IMG/VR virus record: IMGVR_UViG_3300018083_000446
Location: 974-64,973 of that record
Strand: one strand, 5' to 3'
Source of the DNA: a virus
Lineage: Duplodnaviria; Caudoviricetes
DNA length: 64,000 nt
How positions within the stretch are numbered: position 1 is the stretch's first letter; each line of letters opens with the position of its first letter. The notes beneath the pieces are model-generated. The model was not told the origin of the DNA, did not search any database, and saw only the letters and a program-made list of their open reading frames with translations. Both the position numbers and the translations under genes were made by a program. Shown piece after piece: positions 55,986 through 64,000 of the stretch.

Positions 55986-56682
55986 TACATCGACGACCGC
56001 TCCGTATCAGTTGATGCCACCACTCAGCGACGATGAGTACAACGCGCTGAAGTCTGACATCAAGGAACGCGGCGTCGCTGTTGCCATCGAGTTTGATGGC
56101 GACGGTAATCTGTTAGACGGTCACCATCGACTGCGTGCATACGAGGAACTCATCGACGAAGGGTTCGACGTACCGATGTATGACCAAAAGGTCATGCACT
56201 TCGAGAACGAAGAAGCCAAACGCGACTACGTCCTCGCGCTCAACCTCAAGCGTCGCCACCTAACGGGTGAGCAGAAGGCCTTGTTGTACGCTCGACTGCG
56301 CCAGCCCCCCTTCAACATGACGCTCCAAGCCATCGCTCGAGTGGCTAATGTAGGCGTGGGTACTGTGTGGCGCAAGCTCGAAGAGGTCCCTGCTGACGTA
56401 CGTGAAACGCTCGACCAGCTCGAGACCATTGGGCGTGATGGGAAGACCTACCCAGCCGTATATGGTGGGGCCGTTGAGCGTACCATCATCCCAGCTGAGA
56501 AGGCGCTACGTGACCACACGTCGAAGGGCTACACTAGTGGCGACCAATCCAGCGAGATCGCCCCGAAGTTCCTGATCGTGATCACATGCCCTGACGAGGA
56601 CACTCAATCCAACATACTCGAAGGGCTCCCAGCCCAAGACTGGGCCGACGACGGCGTCTCCATCAAAGCGATCATCTCATGA
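55978..56682 (+). CDS. ParB/Srx-domain protein with HTH
   Basis: PPLSDDEYNALKSDIKERG..LLDGHHRLRA..NLKRRHLT; HTH LQAIARVANVGVGTVWR. Confidence 0.88.
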   Translation: MPDTSTTAPYQLMPPLSDDEYNALKSDIKERGVAVAIEFDGDGNLLDGHHRLRAYEELIDEGFDVPMYDQKVMHFENEEAKRDYVLALNLKRRHLTGEQKALLYARLRQPPFNMTLQAIARVANVGVGTVWRKLEEVPADVRETLDQLETIGRDGKTYPAVYGGAVERTIIPAEKALRDHTSKGYTSGDQSSEIAPKFLIVITCPDEDTQSNILEGLPAQDWADDGVSIKAIIS

Positions 56683-57830
56683 AGGTGACCGTCGAATCAA
56701 ACGTGGCACGCACTGCGCGTGTCATGCAGATGGAAGGCATCTTCGACGTGCCTGCATCTAAACGTACCCGCCTCGAGTGGGACGTAAACCTACCTCTCTC
56801 GGAAAGGAGTTGGGACATTGGACTCATCGTTGGGCCGTCCGGCTCCGGGAAGACCACTGTGGCACGCCATCTCTGGCCTACACACCTTGGAACCACATAC
56901 GAGTGGGACCTCGCTAGATCGGTCCTTGACTCGTTCCCAGATGGTATGCCTGTGCGAAAGATCGTTGAAATCCTCAACTCGGTCGGGTTCTCCTCTCCGC
57001 CTGCATGGGTGCGTCCATATCATGTTCTTAGTACTGGAGAACAATTCCGAGTAACCGTAGCTCGTGCGCTGGCTGAGGCGTTACACAGGCCTGAGGGGGC
57101 AGAGCCCGGCACGCGAAAATTAGTGGTGTTGGACGAATTCACTTCTGTCGTCGATCGTACTGTCGCGCAGATCGGTTCGTGTGCGATTGGACAGGCCGTG
57201 CGAGCATACAACGAACGGGTGCAATTCGTTGCAGTGACTTGCCACTATGACGTGGAAGATTGGCTCCAACCAGACTGGGTGTACACCCCAGTCACCAATG
57301 AGTTCACTTGGAGGTCGGTTCGACCCCGCCCCCAAATCGAACTTGAAGTCTTCCGCGTTCATCATTCGGCATGGCAGCTATTCAAGCACCATCACTATTT
57401 GAGCACGGAGCTCAATCATGCCGCTTTTTGCTTTGTCGCCATGTGGCGAGGAATCCCCGTCGCTTTCGACGCGTGGCTCCCCCAGCCTCATGGCCAGATT
57501 CACAATCTTCGAAGGGAGCACCGCGTCGTCGCTCTGCCTGACTATCAAGGGGTTGGTATCGGGAACGCTCTCTCCCGGCATATTGCTTCCATGTGGAAAT
57601 CACTCGGTTTTCGTGCAATGTCTACGGCCGCCCACCCAGGGCTGGTACGCTCGCGTGCGCGCTCTTCACTATGGAGAATGCATCGTCCCCCTGGTCGTAC
57701 CGCTGGAGGTGGTATGATGTCTCGTGACAAACAGTTCGGCTCTAAGATCGCCATCGACCGACTCAGCGCCGGGTTCGAGTACATCGGCCCAGAGATGGAC
57801 CGTGACATGGCAAGGAAACTTTTAGGGTGA
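56679..57830 (+). CDS. ABC-type ATPase fused to a GNAT (Mom-like) acetyltransferase
   Basis: GPSGSGKTT, LSTGEQFR, LDEFTSVVDR, VTCH; FKHHHYL..RVVALPDYQGVGIG. Confidence 0.9.
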   Translation: MKVTVESNVARTARVMQMEGIFDVPASKRTRLEWDVNLPLSERSWDIGLIVGPSGSGKTTVARHLWPTHLGTTYEWDLARSVLDSFPDGMPVRKIVEILNSVGFSSPPAWVRPYHVLSTGEQFRVTVARALAEALHRPEGAEPGTRKLVVLDEFTSVVDRTVAQIGSCAIGQAVRAYNERVQFVAVTCHYDVEDWLQPDWVYTPVTNEFTWRSVRPRPQIELEVFRVHHSAWQLFKHHHYLSTELNHAAFCFVAMWRGIPVAFDAWLPQPHGQIHNLRREHRVVALPDYQGVGIGNALSRHIASMWKSLGFRAMSTAAHPGLVRSRARSSLWRMHRPPGRTAGGGMMSRDKQFGSKIAIDRLSAGFEYIGPEMDRDMARKLLG

Positions 57831-57851
57831 GCATTTCCATTTGGAAAAGCT
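57830..57851. repeat. 22-bp palindromic motif copy 7, variant (AGCATTTCCATTTGGAAAAGCT)
   Basis: Overlaps the TGA of the ABC-GNAT gene. Confidence 0.85.
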
Positions 57852-57877
57852 CAACCATAGCTGGAGGCTAGACCTGG

Positions 57878-58039
57878 ATGGACAAGTGCGAGAATTGCGG
57901 TGAAGAATTCAAACTACCAGCGCTCCGCTACACAACCGTGCCACCCGAATGGGCGCTCAAGTATCGAGCGGAAGGCCACGTGGACGGGCGCGCTTATTTG
58001 TGCGGGTCCTGCCGTAAGCTAATAAAGGCGCTTAGGTGA
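57878..58039 (+). CDS. Small Cys4 zinc-finger protein (53 aa)
   Basis: Read manually: MDKCENCG...LCGSC; GGAGG RBS; GTGA overlap with the next gene. Confidence 0.6.
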   Translation: MDKCENCGEEFKLPALRYTTVPPEWALKYRAEGHVDGRAYLCGSCRKLIKALR

Positions 58040-59181
58040 GCCACGCATACCAGGTGCGGTTGTACGATCGTGCCACAGGAGCGCTTACAGCGATCTTCGA
58101 CGATTGGAACTCGTTGTACTACTATCGTCGACTGAACGACTACGGGTACCACACGTTCTCGATTGATGGTGACGACCCCAAACGAGAGCTGTTCCAGCTA
58201 GATACCCTAGTCCAGGTCCTGCGTCGTGATGAGGCCGCGGGCATCCCTTGGACTGAAGACTATATTGCATTCCACCGCACTGGAGTGCAACAAGTCACAG
58301 ACCGTGGGCGCGTACTGTTCTCGTCGTATGGGCGTTCGTTGGAGGAACTACTCAAACGAAGGCACATACTGTGGCGCCCGGGAGACATCGCCATCGCACG
58401 CGGCCAGGAAGGGGAGTACCTGGCTGGCGCTGCTGACGACGTGATGAAACAGTACGTGCGCGAGAACATTGGCAACAGCGCAGCCCTTTCTAACGGGCGT
58501 ATGGCTGAAGGGAAGCTCGACGCGTTCACCGTGGACGCCAGCTTCACGTTGGCCCCGTCGTGGGAAGGGCGACGTGCGTACAAGAACCTGTTGGCAGTCG
58601 TACAGGAGGTTGGGGCTGCACGTTCGGTCGACTTCGATGTAACGTGGTCAGCACCTAGTGGAGCGCTGTTGTTCCAGTTCCACACGTACTACCCACGCAA
58701 AGGCCAGGATCGTACTGGTGCTGGGACTGCGGCTCCGGTCGTGTTTAGCTTGGAACATGCCAACATGTCGGCCCCTTACTTGACTGAATCACGCATGAAT
58801 GAGATCACAGCTGTGTACGTGTTGGGCCAAGGCGAGGGTGTAGCACGAACGTTCGTCGAGCGTACCAACGTGTTCGGGCTAGATGCGTCACCGTGGAATC
58901 GAGTGGAATACACTCACGACGCACGTACTGAAGCTGGGTTGGGAGGGTTGCAAGCCTTGGGTGACGCTCACCTATTGGAGCACGGCCCAGACAACCACAT
59001 GTCCTTCCAAGTCATTGCCAGCCCTGGCAGCGTATATGGCCGCGAGTACTTCATAGGCGATCTGATCTTGGGGAAGTTCCTAGGGGCTGAACAACCGCGC
59101 AAAATCATTGGCGTCGAAGTCACCGTGGCAGACGGCGATGAGAACATCCGAATCCACTTCGAGGGTGAGGAGCAGAACTAA
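58036..59181 (+). CDS. Minor tail/hub protein (siphovirus ReqiPepy6 Gp37-like)
   Basis: LYYYRRLNDYG..F..LKRR..VFSLEHANM..AVYVLGQGEG.AR..RVE..DAR..YGREYFIGD. Confidence 0.82.
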   Translation: MSHAYQVRLYDRATGALTAIFDDWNSLYYYRRLNDYGYHTFSIDGDDPKRELFQLDTLVQVLRRDEAAGIPWTEDYIAFHRTGVQQVTDRGRVLFSSYGRSLEELLKRRHILWRPGDIAIARGQEGEYLAGAADDVMKQYVRENIGNSAALSNGRMAEGKLDAFTVDASFTLAPSWEGRRAYKNLLAVVQEVGAARSVDFDVTWSAPSGALLFQFHTYYPRKGQDRTGAGTAAPVVFSLEHANMSAPYLTESRMNEITAVYVLGQGEGVARTFVERTNVFGLDASPWNRVEYTHDARTEAGLGGLQALGDAHLLEHGPDNHMSFQVIASPGSVYGREYFIGDLILGKFLGAEQPRKIIGVEVTVADGDENIRIHFEGEEQN

Positions 59182-59600
59182 TGTCGCAGTACGTTGAAGT
59201 CTCGGACCTAGACAAAATCGTACGCGGATTAGTGGATCGCATCCATGCGCTCGAAACGCGTGAATCCAGGCCGTTAGTGTGGACCGTGGTTACAGCGTTC
59301 GCCAACGGGTGGGGCAACTACGGGTCTGGGTTCGCTGAAGCTGCCTACGCTAAGGACGCCAGCGGTCGAGTGTTCTTGCGGGGGCTGATCCAGGGTGGAA
59401 CGCTAGGGACGGGGGCGTTTACTCTACCGGTCGGGTACCGATACAAGCCGTTGCCCCCGTCCTTCCAATACATTCACATGCCCACGATAGCTAACAACGT
59501 CTTGGGCGGGGTGCTGGTTCTACCGAGTGGGGAAGTAGTACCGTACCTCGGGTCCAACGCATGGATGGACCTTTCGCCAGTCCACTTCCCGGCTGCGTAG
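59181..59600 (+). CDS. Minor tail/fibre-associated protein
   Basis: RIHALET coiled coil, then FANGWGNY..AAY.KD..GRVFLRGLI..AFTLPVGYR domain. Confidence 0.75.
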   Translation: MSQYVEVSDLDKIVRGLVDRIHALETRESRPLVWTVVTAFANGWGNYGSGFAEAAYAKDASGRVFLRGLIQGGTLGTGAFTLPVGYRYKPLPPSFQYIHMPTIANNVLGGVLVLPSGEVVPYLGSNAWMDLSPVHFPAA

Positions 59601-59607
59601 CGCCAGG

Positions 59608-59853
59608 TTACCCCGGGCCTGTGGGCGGGCGACCGCGGGATACAGGTGTTCCCGCTATGGGCTGGGCTGTAATCAATCGCAACCCTGCGTTGATTACAGC
59701 CACTACGATGGTCAACACGGTTACTTGTTGCGTGGTGAAGTTGAACACGTTAGCCGCGTCCAACACCAAACCTACAGCCACAAGCACCAGCGAGCCGATG
59801 TTGACCCACAGAGTTCGGCTCGTCCACCACTTCTTGGCTCGCGATGCTGTCAT
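59608..59853 (-). CDS. Putative holin
   Basis: KKWWTSRTLWVN, two TM helices, INAGLRLIT. Confidence 0.7.
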   Translation of the reverse strand: MTASRAKKWWTSRTLWVNIGSLVLVAVGLVLDAANVFNFTTQQVTVLTIVVAVINAGLRLITAQPIAGTPVSRGRPPTGPG

Positions 59854-59990
59854 GGCAATGGCACGTCCAGGTGTGCTACGCTGAGTAGGGCCAAGCCTAG
59901 TGCTGTGAGGTTCACCTTGACAGGTGCGGTGACGAATGCAGCAATCAAGAACACGACGATCGCTGCGACGACGCAAAGCAGTTTCAACAT
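59850..59990 (-). CDS. Small two-TM membrane protein (46 aa)
   Basis: Read manually: MLKLLCVVAAIVVFLIAAF...; TAATG and ATGA overlaps. Confidence 0.6.
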   Translation of the reverse strand: MLKLLCVVAAIVVFLIAAFVTAPVKVNLTALGLALLSVAHLDVPLP

Positions 59991-60907
59991 TAGATAGCTC
60001 CGTACTGTTGGGCTACACGTGTGACCTCAGCTGAGGCCGCACTCACGGCGGGGTCAGGGTGGTTGGCGAGCGGCCCTGTTACATCGTTGGCTAGGTATGC
60101 CAGCGCCTGAAGCACGTCGTCCAACTCAGGTGGTGTAACGGGGTCGGGCGGTGGTTCTACGATAGGCCAGTTGTGCGCTATGGCAGCTCCCACGGTCCAT
60201 ATTTGGATACCGTAGGTGGGGTGGGTGAACTGGGCTGCCAAGGTAGGTAGGTCACCGTGTTCCAGCATGTTGACGACTGGGAACTCAGGGAACCCTGCTT
60301 GCTCGAGTTCACGGCCCATGCGTATACGACCCATAGCAGGGTCCAGACCAGGATCACCCGGCAGGTACGTTTCGATGGCGACGTACTCAGAGCCGCCCAC
60401 CCACGCAGCAGTCTCCTGTGGGGTAGCAGCGCCTAGCATCGCTGTGTTGGGTACGAACGTGATCCCAGTCAGTTGGTTGGGATCAACTACCGAATTCCAA
60501 TACCCTTCAAGGAATTGGTTCACAGGGGCTGCACCCTCGCGTGCCCAGAAGTCTTGCCAACCCTCCTCCCAGTTGAGATTGAAATGATCGAACACGTTGG
60601 CGAATGATCCGTGAATGGCTCCTTCAGAACCTGCGTTACCAGTTCCGCGTGGGACGGACCATCCCCCGCATTCCAGCCCCAAGTCACGGAATTGTTGGCG
60701 TAGGCCTGCGGCTGAGTCTGGGTTGGAAACCTTGAGGCCTTCGCCCAGGTTGTTACGCAGCCAATATTGAGGGGTGTCGTCGTACACTGTCGGGATCAGG
60801 ACTTCAGTCGTATGACCCGGCAGGTGTACGTTGGCGAGCGCTTCGGCGATCTGTTCGGGGCTGTCGTAGTGTTCCCACGGTGACAGCCACACTGTTAGTC
60901 GCGTCAT
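59990..60907 (-). CDS. Putative endolysin (TIM-barrel glycoside-hydrolase-like)
   Basis: Flanked by membrane/holin genes; CGGW..P, LNWEE, Pro linker and short C-terminal helical domain; family uncertain. Confidence 0.45.
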   Translation of the reverse strand: MTRLTVWLSPWEHYDSPEQIAEALANVHLPGHTTEVLIPTVYDDTPQYWLRNNLGEGLKVSNPDSAAGLRQQFRDLGLECGGWSVPRGTGNAGSEGAIHGSFANVFDHFNLNWEEGWQDFWAREGAAPVNQFLEGYWNSVVDPNQLTGITFVPNTAMLGAATPQETAAWVGGSEYVAIETYLPGDPGLDPAMGRIRMGRELEQAGFPEFPVVNMLEHGDLPTLAAQFTHPTYGIQIWTVGAAIAHNWPIVEPPPDPVTPPELDDVLQALAYLANDVTGPLANHPDPAVSAASAEVTRVAQQYGAI

Positions 60908-61443
60908 TTGCCCTCCGTGTGCGCTTTCATTTCAGACTGGATGGTCTCGATTTCGATGGTGACTGCGGCAGCTTTTTCTCGTAGCGCCTTGATACGCTCA
61001 TCGGTTATGAAGGGGCAACCTTCGAACGTCGTCTCTGTGCAGTTCGTCCGCATTTGGAACATAGCGTGATCGAGGCGCCGCAGGTTCACCCACGCGACCA
61101 ACCCAGCGAACAAAGCCACCAAGGACACCGTCATGAGGATGGCTATCAACGCCCACGCCAACACACCCACAGGAGCGCGCACGCCTGGTGCGATAGGTGA
61201 AGTCATTAAGGCTATTATGAAGATCACACCAACGCCCATAGACGCCAACGTCACAACCAGCCAGAATACACTCGACGTGAGTGCGTCGTTGGCCATGATA
61301 TGCTCTGGTGAATTTGGCGGGCGATTGGCGACTATAGCGCGAGCTTTGGCTGCGTGTCGTACCAGGTAGGCATGTACCGCGATTGACGCCACCGGGGTAA
61401 GCGCCATAAAGAGGCCTAGTAAAAAGAACTCCTCACGTGTCAT
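60904..61443 (-). CDS. Multi-pass membrane protein (lysis cassette)
   Basis: Three hydrophobic segments plus a coiled C-terminus. Confidence 0.7.
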   Translation of the reverse strand: MTREEFFLLGLFMALTPVASIAVHAYLVRHAAKARAIVANRPPNSPEHIMANDALTSSVFWLVVTLASMGVGVIFIIALMTSPIAPGVRAPVGVLAWALIAILMTVSLVALFAGLVAWVNLRRLDHAMFQMRTNCTETTFEGCPFITDERIKALREKAAAVTIEIETIQSEMKAHTEGK

Positions 61444-61666
61444 GGCGACCTGTCTTGATACGGGCCAGTATACGTAGCCTCTCTAGTTGTACCTCCTGCT
61501 CTTGCTTTCTTTTTTCTAGCATGTTACGTTCCTCCCCACTGGCTGGTCGCGTGCCCTTCGGTTGCGGGTCGATGGACGGCAACTCAATCTCCGATACTGG
61601 GGTAAGCTCTAGCGGTCGCTCTGGACGGCCGACGGCTACCCGTGCAACGCGTTTGAACCACTCCAT
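61433..61666 (-). CDS. Hypothetical protein
   Basis: MEWFKRVARV... Confidence 0.55.
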   Translation of the reverse strand: MEWFKRVARVAVGRPERPLELTPVSEIELPSIDPQPKGTRPASGEERNMLEKRKQEQEVQLERLRILARIKTGRHDT

Positions 61667-61671
61667 GAGTG

Positions 61672-62004
61672 TCACAACTGCGGTATTTTTTCCTTCGCCA
61701 AGGCGATGCCTTCTTCGGCGTGCTTTGCGAACGATAAGGCGATACTGCGGAAATAGTCTGACGACTCTTGCGCTCCTCGATATCGTGCTTCCCAAACGGC
61801 CTGCATCTCCTCGTATCTTTCGCGCCACTGCGCTATTTGTGCTTCGTGAGCTTTGTCGCGCGCTTCTAGTGCAGATTGGAGTTCCTTTTCTGCTTGTTGG
61901 CCGTTGACGATGCGGCCTGCGTACAACCCAACAGCCGCCAGGAACATGACGAAGCCAATACCGGCAGCGCCAATCGCATCCCAAGCGTCTACTAAGCCTT
62001 GCAC
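61672..62004 (-). CDS. Membrane-anchored coiled-coil protein (lysis-associated)
   Basis: One TM helix followed by a coiled coil. Confidence 0.65.
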   Translation of the reverse strand: MQGLVDAWDAIGAAGIGFVMFLAAVGLYAGRIVNGQQAEKELQSALEARDKAHEAQIAQWRERYEEMQAVWEARYRGAQESSDYFRSIALSFAKHAEEGIALAKEKIPQL

Positions 62005-62083
62005 CAGCGAGTACCTGTGTTCATGTCACAACCTCCGATCCACCGAGGCGGGTAGGGGGCTGCGGGGGCGCCCGAGGCTAGGG

Positions 62084-62806
62084 TTAGGTATTACCCACAG
62101 TGAGAGCAAATGAACCATCATTGTTTGCGTCAGCGTTGTTGTCGCCAGTGAGCTCCACTGTCACGACTTGTCCGCTGGTAATTGCTCCAGTCCAATGAAC
62201 GGCTGCGGTACCCAATGCACCACCACCGTCTGTGCCTGATGCGTTACCAGTGGCGACTACGCCACCTGCGACTTTGATACGTGCCGTTGAAGTAGTGTTG
62301 CCACTACCTGAATGGCCAACGCGATACATAGCGCTGGCGTGCGCTTGCCCACTACGTGGAGCAGCCAACGAGCCGACCTGAGTCCACACGGCGTTGTTGT
62401 CCATGTCGACTGGGAAAGCTTGTTGTGCTTGGCTGGCGCTGGTGGTGGTCTTTGCGTTGGTAACTACGACTTGCTGGTCATAGCGCGTGTGCCAATGCGT
62501 ACCAGTTCCCCACGTGCCTGAATCGTAGGCTGTGTTGGCGTTGGTGATCCAGGTGTTACGCTGGTTCACCATGTCGTTGTAGGCGTTGAGGTTGCCTAGT
62601 GAGTTCTGTTCCCATTGGCTGGCCGTGAGGGACCACAGTTGCCCGCTAGACCAACCAGGTGTAGCACGGCCGTTGACCGTGCCTGCCAGGTCCCGCGCGG
62701 CTGCACGCCACAGACCAGCTGTGTCACGCCAGTTGCGTACGGCTCCGTCCAGGTACGATTCGGTTTGGTTGCCAGGGTCTTTGATGAAGGTCACTGGCAC
62801 ACCCAC
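62084..62806 (-). CDS. Minor tail/fibre protein
   Basis: Trp/Asn-rich N-terminus, beta-rich C-terminal domain. Confidence 0.6.
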   Translation of the reverse strand: MGVPVTFIKDPGNQTESYLDGAVRNWRDTAGLWRAAARDLAGTVNGRATPGWSSGQLWSLTASQWEQNSLGNLNAYNDMVNQRNTWITNANTAYDSGTWGTGTHWHTRYDQQVVVTNAKTTTSASQAQQAFPVDMDNNAVWTQVGSLAAPRSGQAHASAMYRVGHSGSGNTTSTARIKVAGGVVATGNASGTDGGGALGTAAVHWTGAITSGQVVTVELTGDNNADANNDGSFALTVGNT

Positions 62807-63516
62807 AGAGTACCGTCGTTGAACCAGTCAGTCGATTCACCATTAGGCATCGTGTACGAAGTCGCTACAGCGGTACCGCCCGGTGGGATGATCGAGTTCG
62901 TAGGGCCTGTGACAACCAACGACCCACCGTACGCCTTGAAGTATCGCCATTGGCCTATGGTAGTACCAACGGACGGTAGGGTTTGCGGGCTAACACCACG
63001 ATAGAACACTGTGGCGGTCGAGCTGAGGGCGATGTTCACTCTATCATCGACGATGGTGATGGCTGCACCAGTCGTGATAGAGTATTGAGCGATCGGTACG
63101 TCCCACGTGGTACCGTAAGTCTGAGTCATGGCTGGGGCGCCAGCGCCCTCTGTGCCAGCGATGCGCGTCAAACGTACGGTCTGGTTGGCCCACGACTTAC
63201 GCAGGACTATACGGTCGATGCGCGTCGATGAAGCGGGCGTAGGTATGGCGAAGTCTACGTTGGCGTCGACTTCATACCATGTGCCCTGGTTCCACGCTAT
63301 ACCACTGGCAATGCGTGCCGTGTTGGCGGATGGAGTGGACGGAGCCATATCGTTGAAGCCAGCAGCCCCGAAGATAACGCCACCCTTATGGGTTGACTGT
63401 TCCACGCTGGGTATACAAGCCCGAAACAGCCGCCCCCACTCAGTGGCAGCGTCATAGGGTGCCTCAACGGCATCACCTGTTGTTGTACCATCCCACGGCC
63501 TGGAACGTTCAGTCAT
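62791..63516 (-). CDS. Baseplate/upper tail-fibre-anchor protein
   Basis: ARIASGIAWNQG..PASSTRIDRIVLR..G..G...PAMTQ..WDVPIA..DDR pattern. Confidence 0.75.
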   Translation of the reverse strand: MTERSRPWDGTTTGDAVEAPYDAATEWGRLFRACIPSVEQSTHKGGVIFGAAGFNDMAPSTPSANTARIASGIAWNQGTWYEVDANVDFAIPTPASSTRIDRIVLRKSWANQTVRLTRIAGTEGAGAPAMTQTYGTTWDVPIAQYSITTGAAITIVDDRVNIALSSTATVFYRGVSPQTLPSVGTTIGQWRYFKAYGGSLVVTGPTNSIIPPGGTAVATSYTMPNGESTDWFNDGTLWVCQ

Positions 63517-63517
63517 A

Positions 63518-64000
63518 CTACACTCCTAGGTAGCGGTCGAACCAGAACAACATCACAGACGAACCTCCAGAAGTTCCGGTAGCGAAGATTTGTAACGTGT
63601 TGGTACCGGGTTGTAAATGGAACGACCCCACGTCTGAGTCGGACGTCATGTATCCAACCAAGTTCGTTCCGTCGTCTAGCGTCACGGTCTTACGGCCGTA
63701 CTCTAGGTCGATAGTAACGGTACGCCCCGTTGGTATCGAGTACGTGAACGACAGCTTCTCGTCCGTAGCCAAATTGCGTATGATGGGGCCTGTGAGAGGC
63801 CCGTTCAGCACTATGCGCGGGAATGTATCCCACGTACCAGCATAGTTGATGGGGGAGCTAGTGCCGAACGATGCGATCTGGAATGGAAATGTTATGGGGA
63901 ACAACCCGACCACACCAGTAGACCCGTATGCTACGGACTTCAATCGCGGGTCGCGTGCTATCGGATCGTACGCGGTGAACCGTATCGAGTCTTGTATGGA
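63518..64000 (-). CDS. Distal tail protein (Dit); 5' end beyond window
   Basis: IRFTAYDP..FPITFP..INYAG..PRI.LNGP..P.IRN..VTID..LQPGTN. Confidence 0.85.
   Translation of the reverse strand, partial: SIQDSIRFTAYDPIARDPRLKSVAYGSTGVVGLFPITFPFQIASFGTSSPINYAGTWDTFPRIVLNGPLTGPIIRNLATDEKLSFTYSIPTGRTVTIDLEYGRKTVTLDDGTNLVGYMTSDSDVGSFHLQPGTNTLQIFATGTSGGSSVMLFWFDRYLGV

Noticed and set aside
56679-57830. ABC transporter
   Set aside because: There is no permease or binding protein, and the ATPase is fused to a GNAT.
6814-57851. Palindromes as CRISPR repeats or serine-invertase crossover sites (variable central TT/AA)
   Set aside because: The copies are kilobases apart with no spacer array, and I see no cas operon or recombinase gene in the window.
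1-64000. Prophage with host flanks, integrase or tRNA genes
   Set aside because: All recognisable genes are phage-type; I found no integrase, att-associated tRNA or cloverleaf by eye.

Overview
This window is most of a tailed dsDNA phage genome with a siphovirus-like architecture. It appears circularly permuted: a minus-strand tail gene runs off the left end and a distal-tail (Dit) gene runs off the right end. The minus-strand late arm (~31.3 kb to 1) encodes terminase, portal, a ChaB/HiPIP-like-fused prohead protease, major capsid, accessory fibre proteins, an embedded 7-gene glycosylation cluster (two NDP-sugar enzymes, four glycosyltransferase genes, one methyltransferase-like gene), head-tail proteins, a BNR-propeller-bearing tail protein, a frameshifting tail chaperone, tape measure protein and a beta-helix protein. 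The plus-strand early/middle arm (~31.6-59.6 kb) has many small genes separated by long RNA hairpins, then a SNF2 helicase, MazG, C1 peptidase, PD-(D/E)XK nuclease, AAA ATPase, SSB, primase-helicase, UDG-fused DNA polymerase A, RuvC-like resolvase, ParB, an ABC-ATPase/GNAT fusion and two displaced tail genes. A lysis and tail-tip block lies on the minus strand at the right end. I saw no integrase, tRNA or CRISPR array. The most notable signals are: (1) a probable virion glycosylation system with its own sugar-precursor enzymes; (2) seven dispersed 22-bp parS-like palindromes together with a phage ParB; (3) a possible donor-strand-complementation scaffold among the fibre proteins; (4) a UCC_UUU_CGG +1 frameshift in the tail chaperone. 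All functional calls come from motif reading by eye, not database searches. The host is unknown; a Chloroflexota-like host is only my impression.
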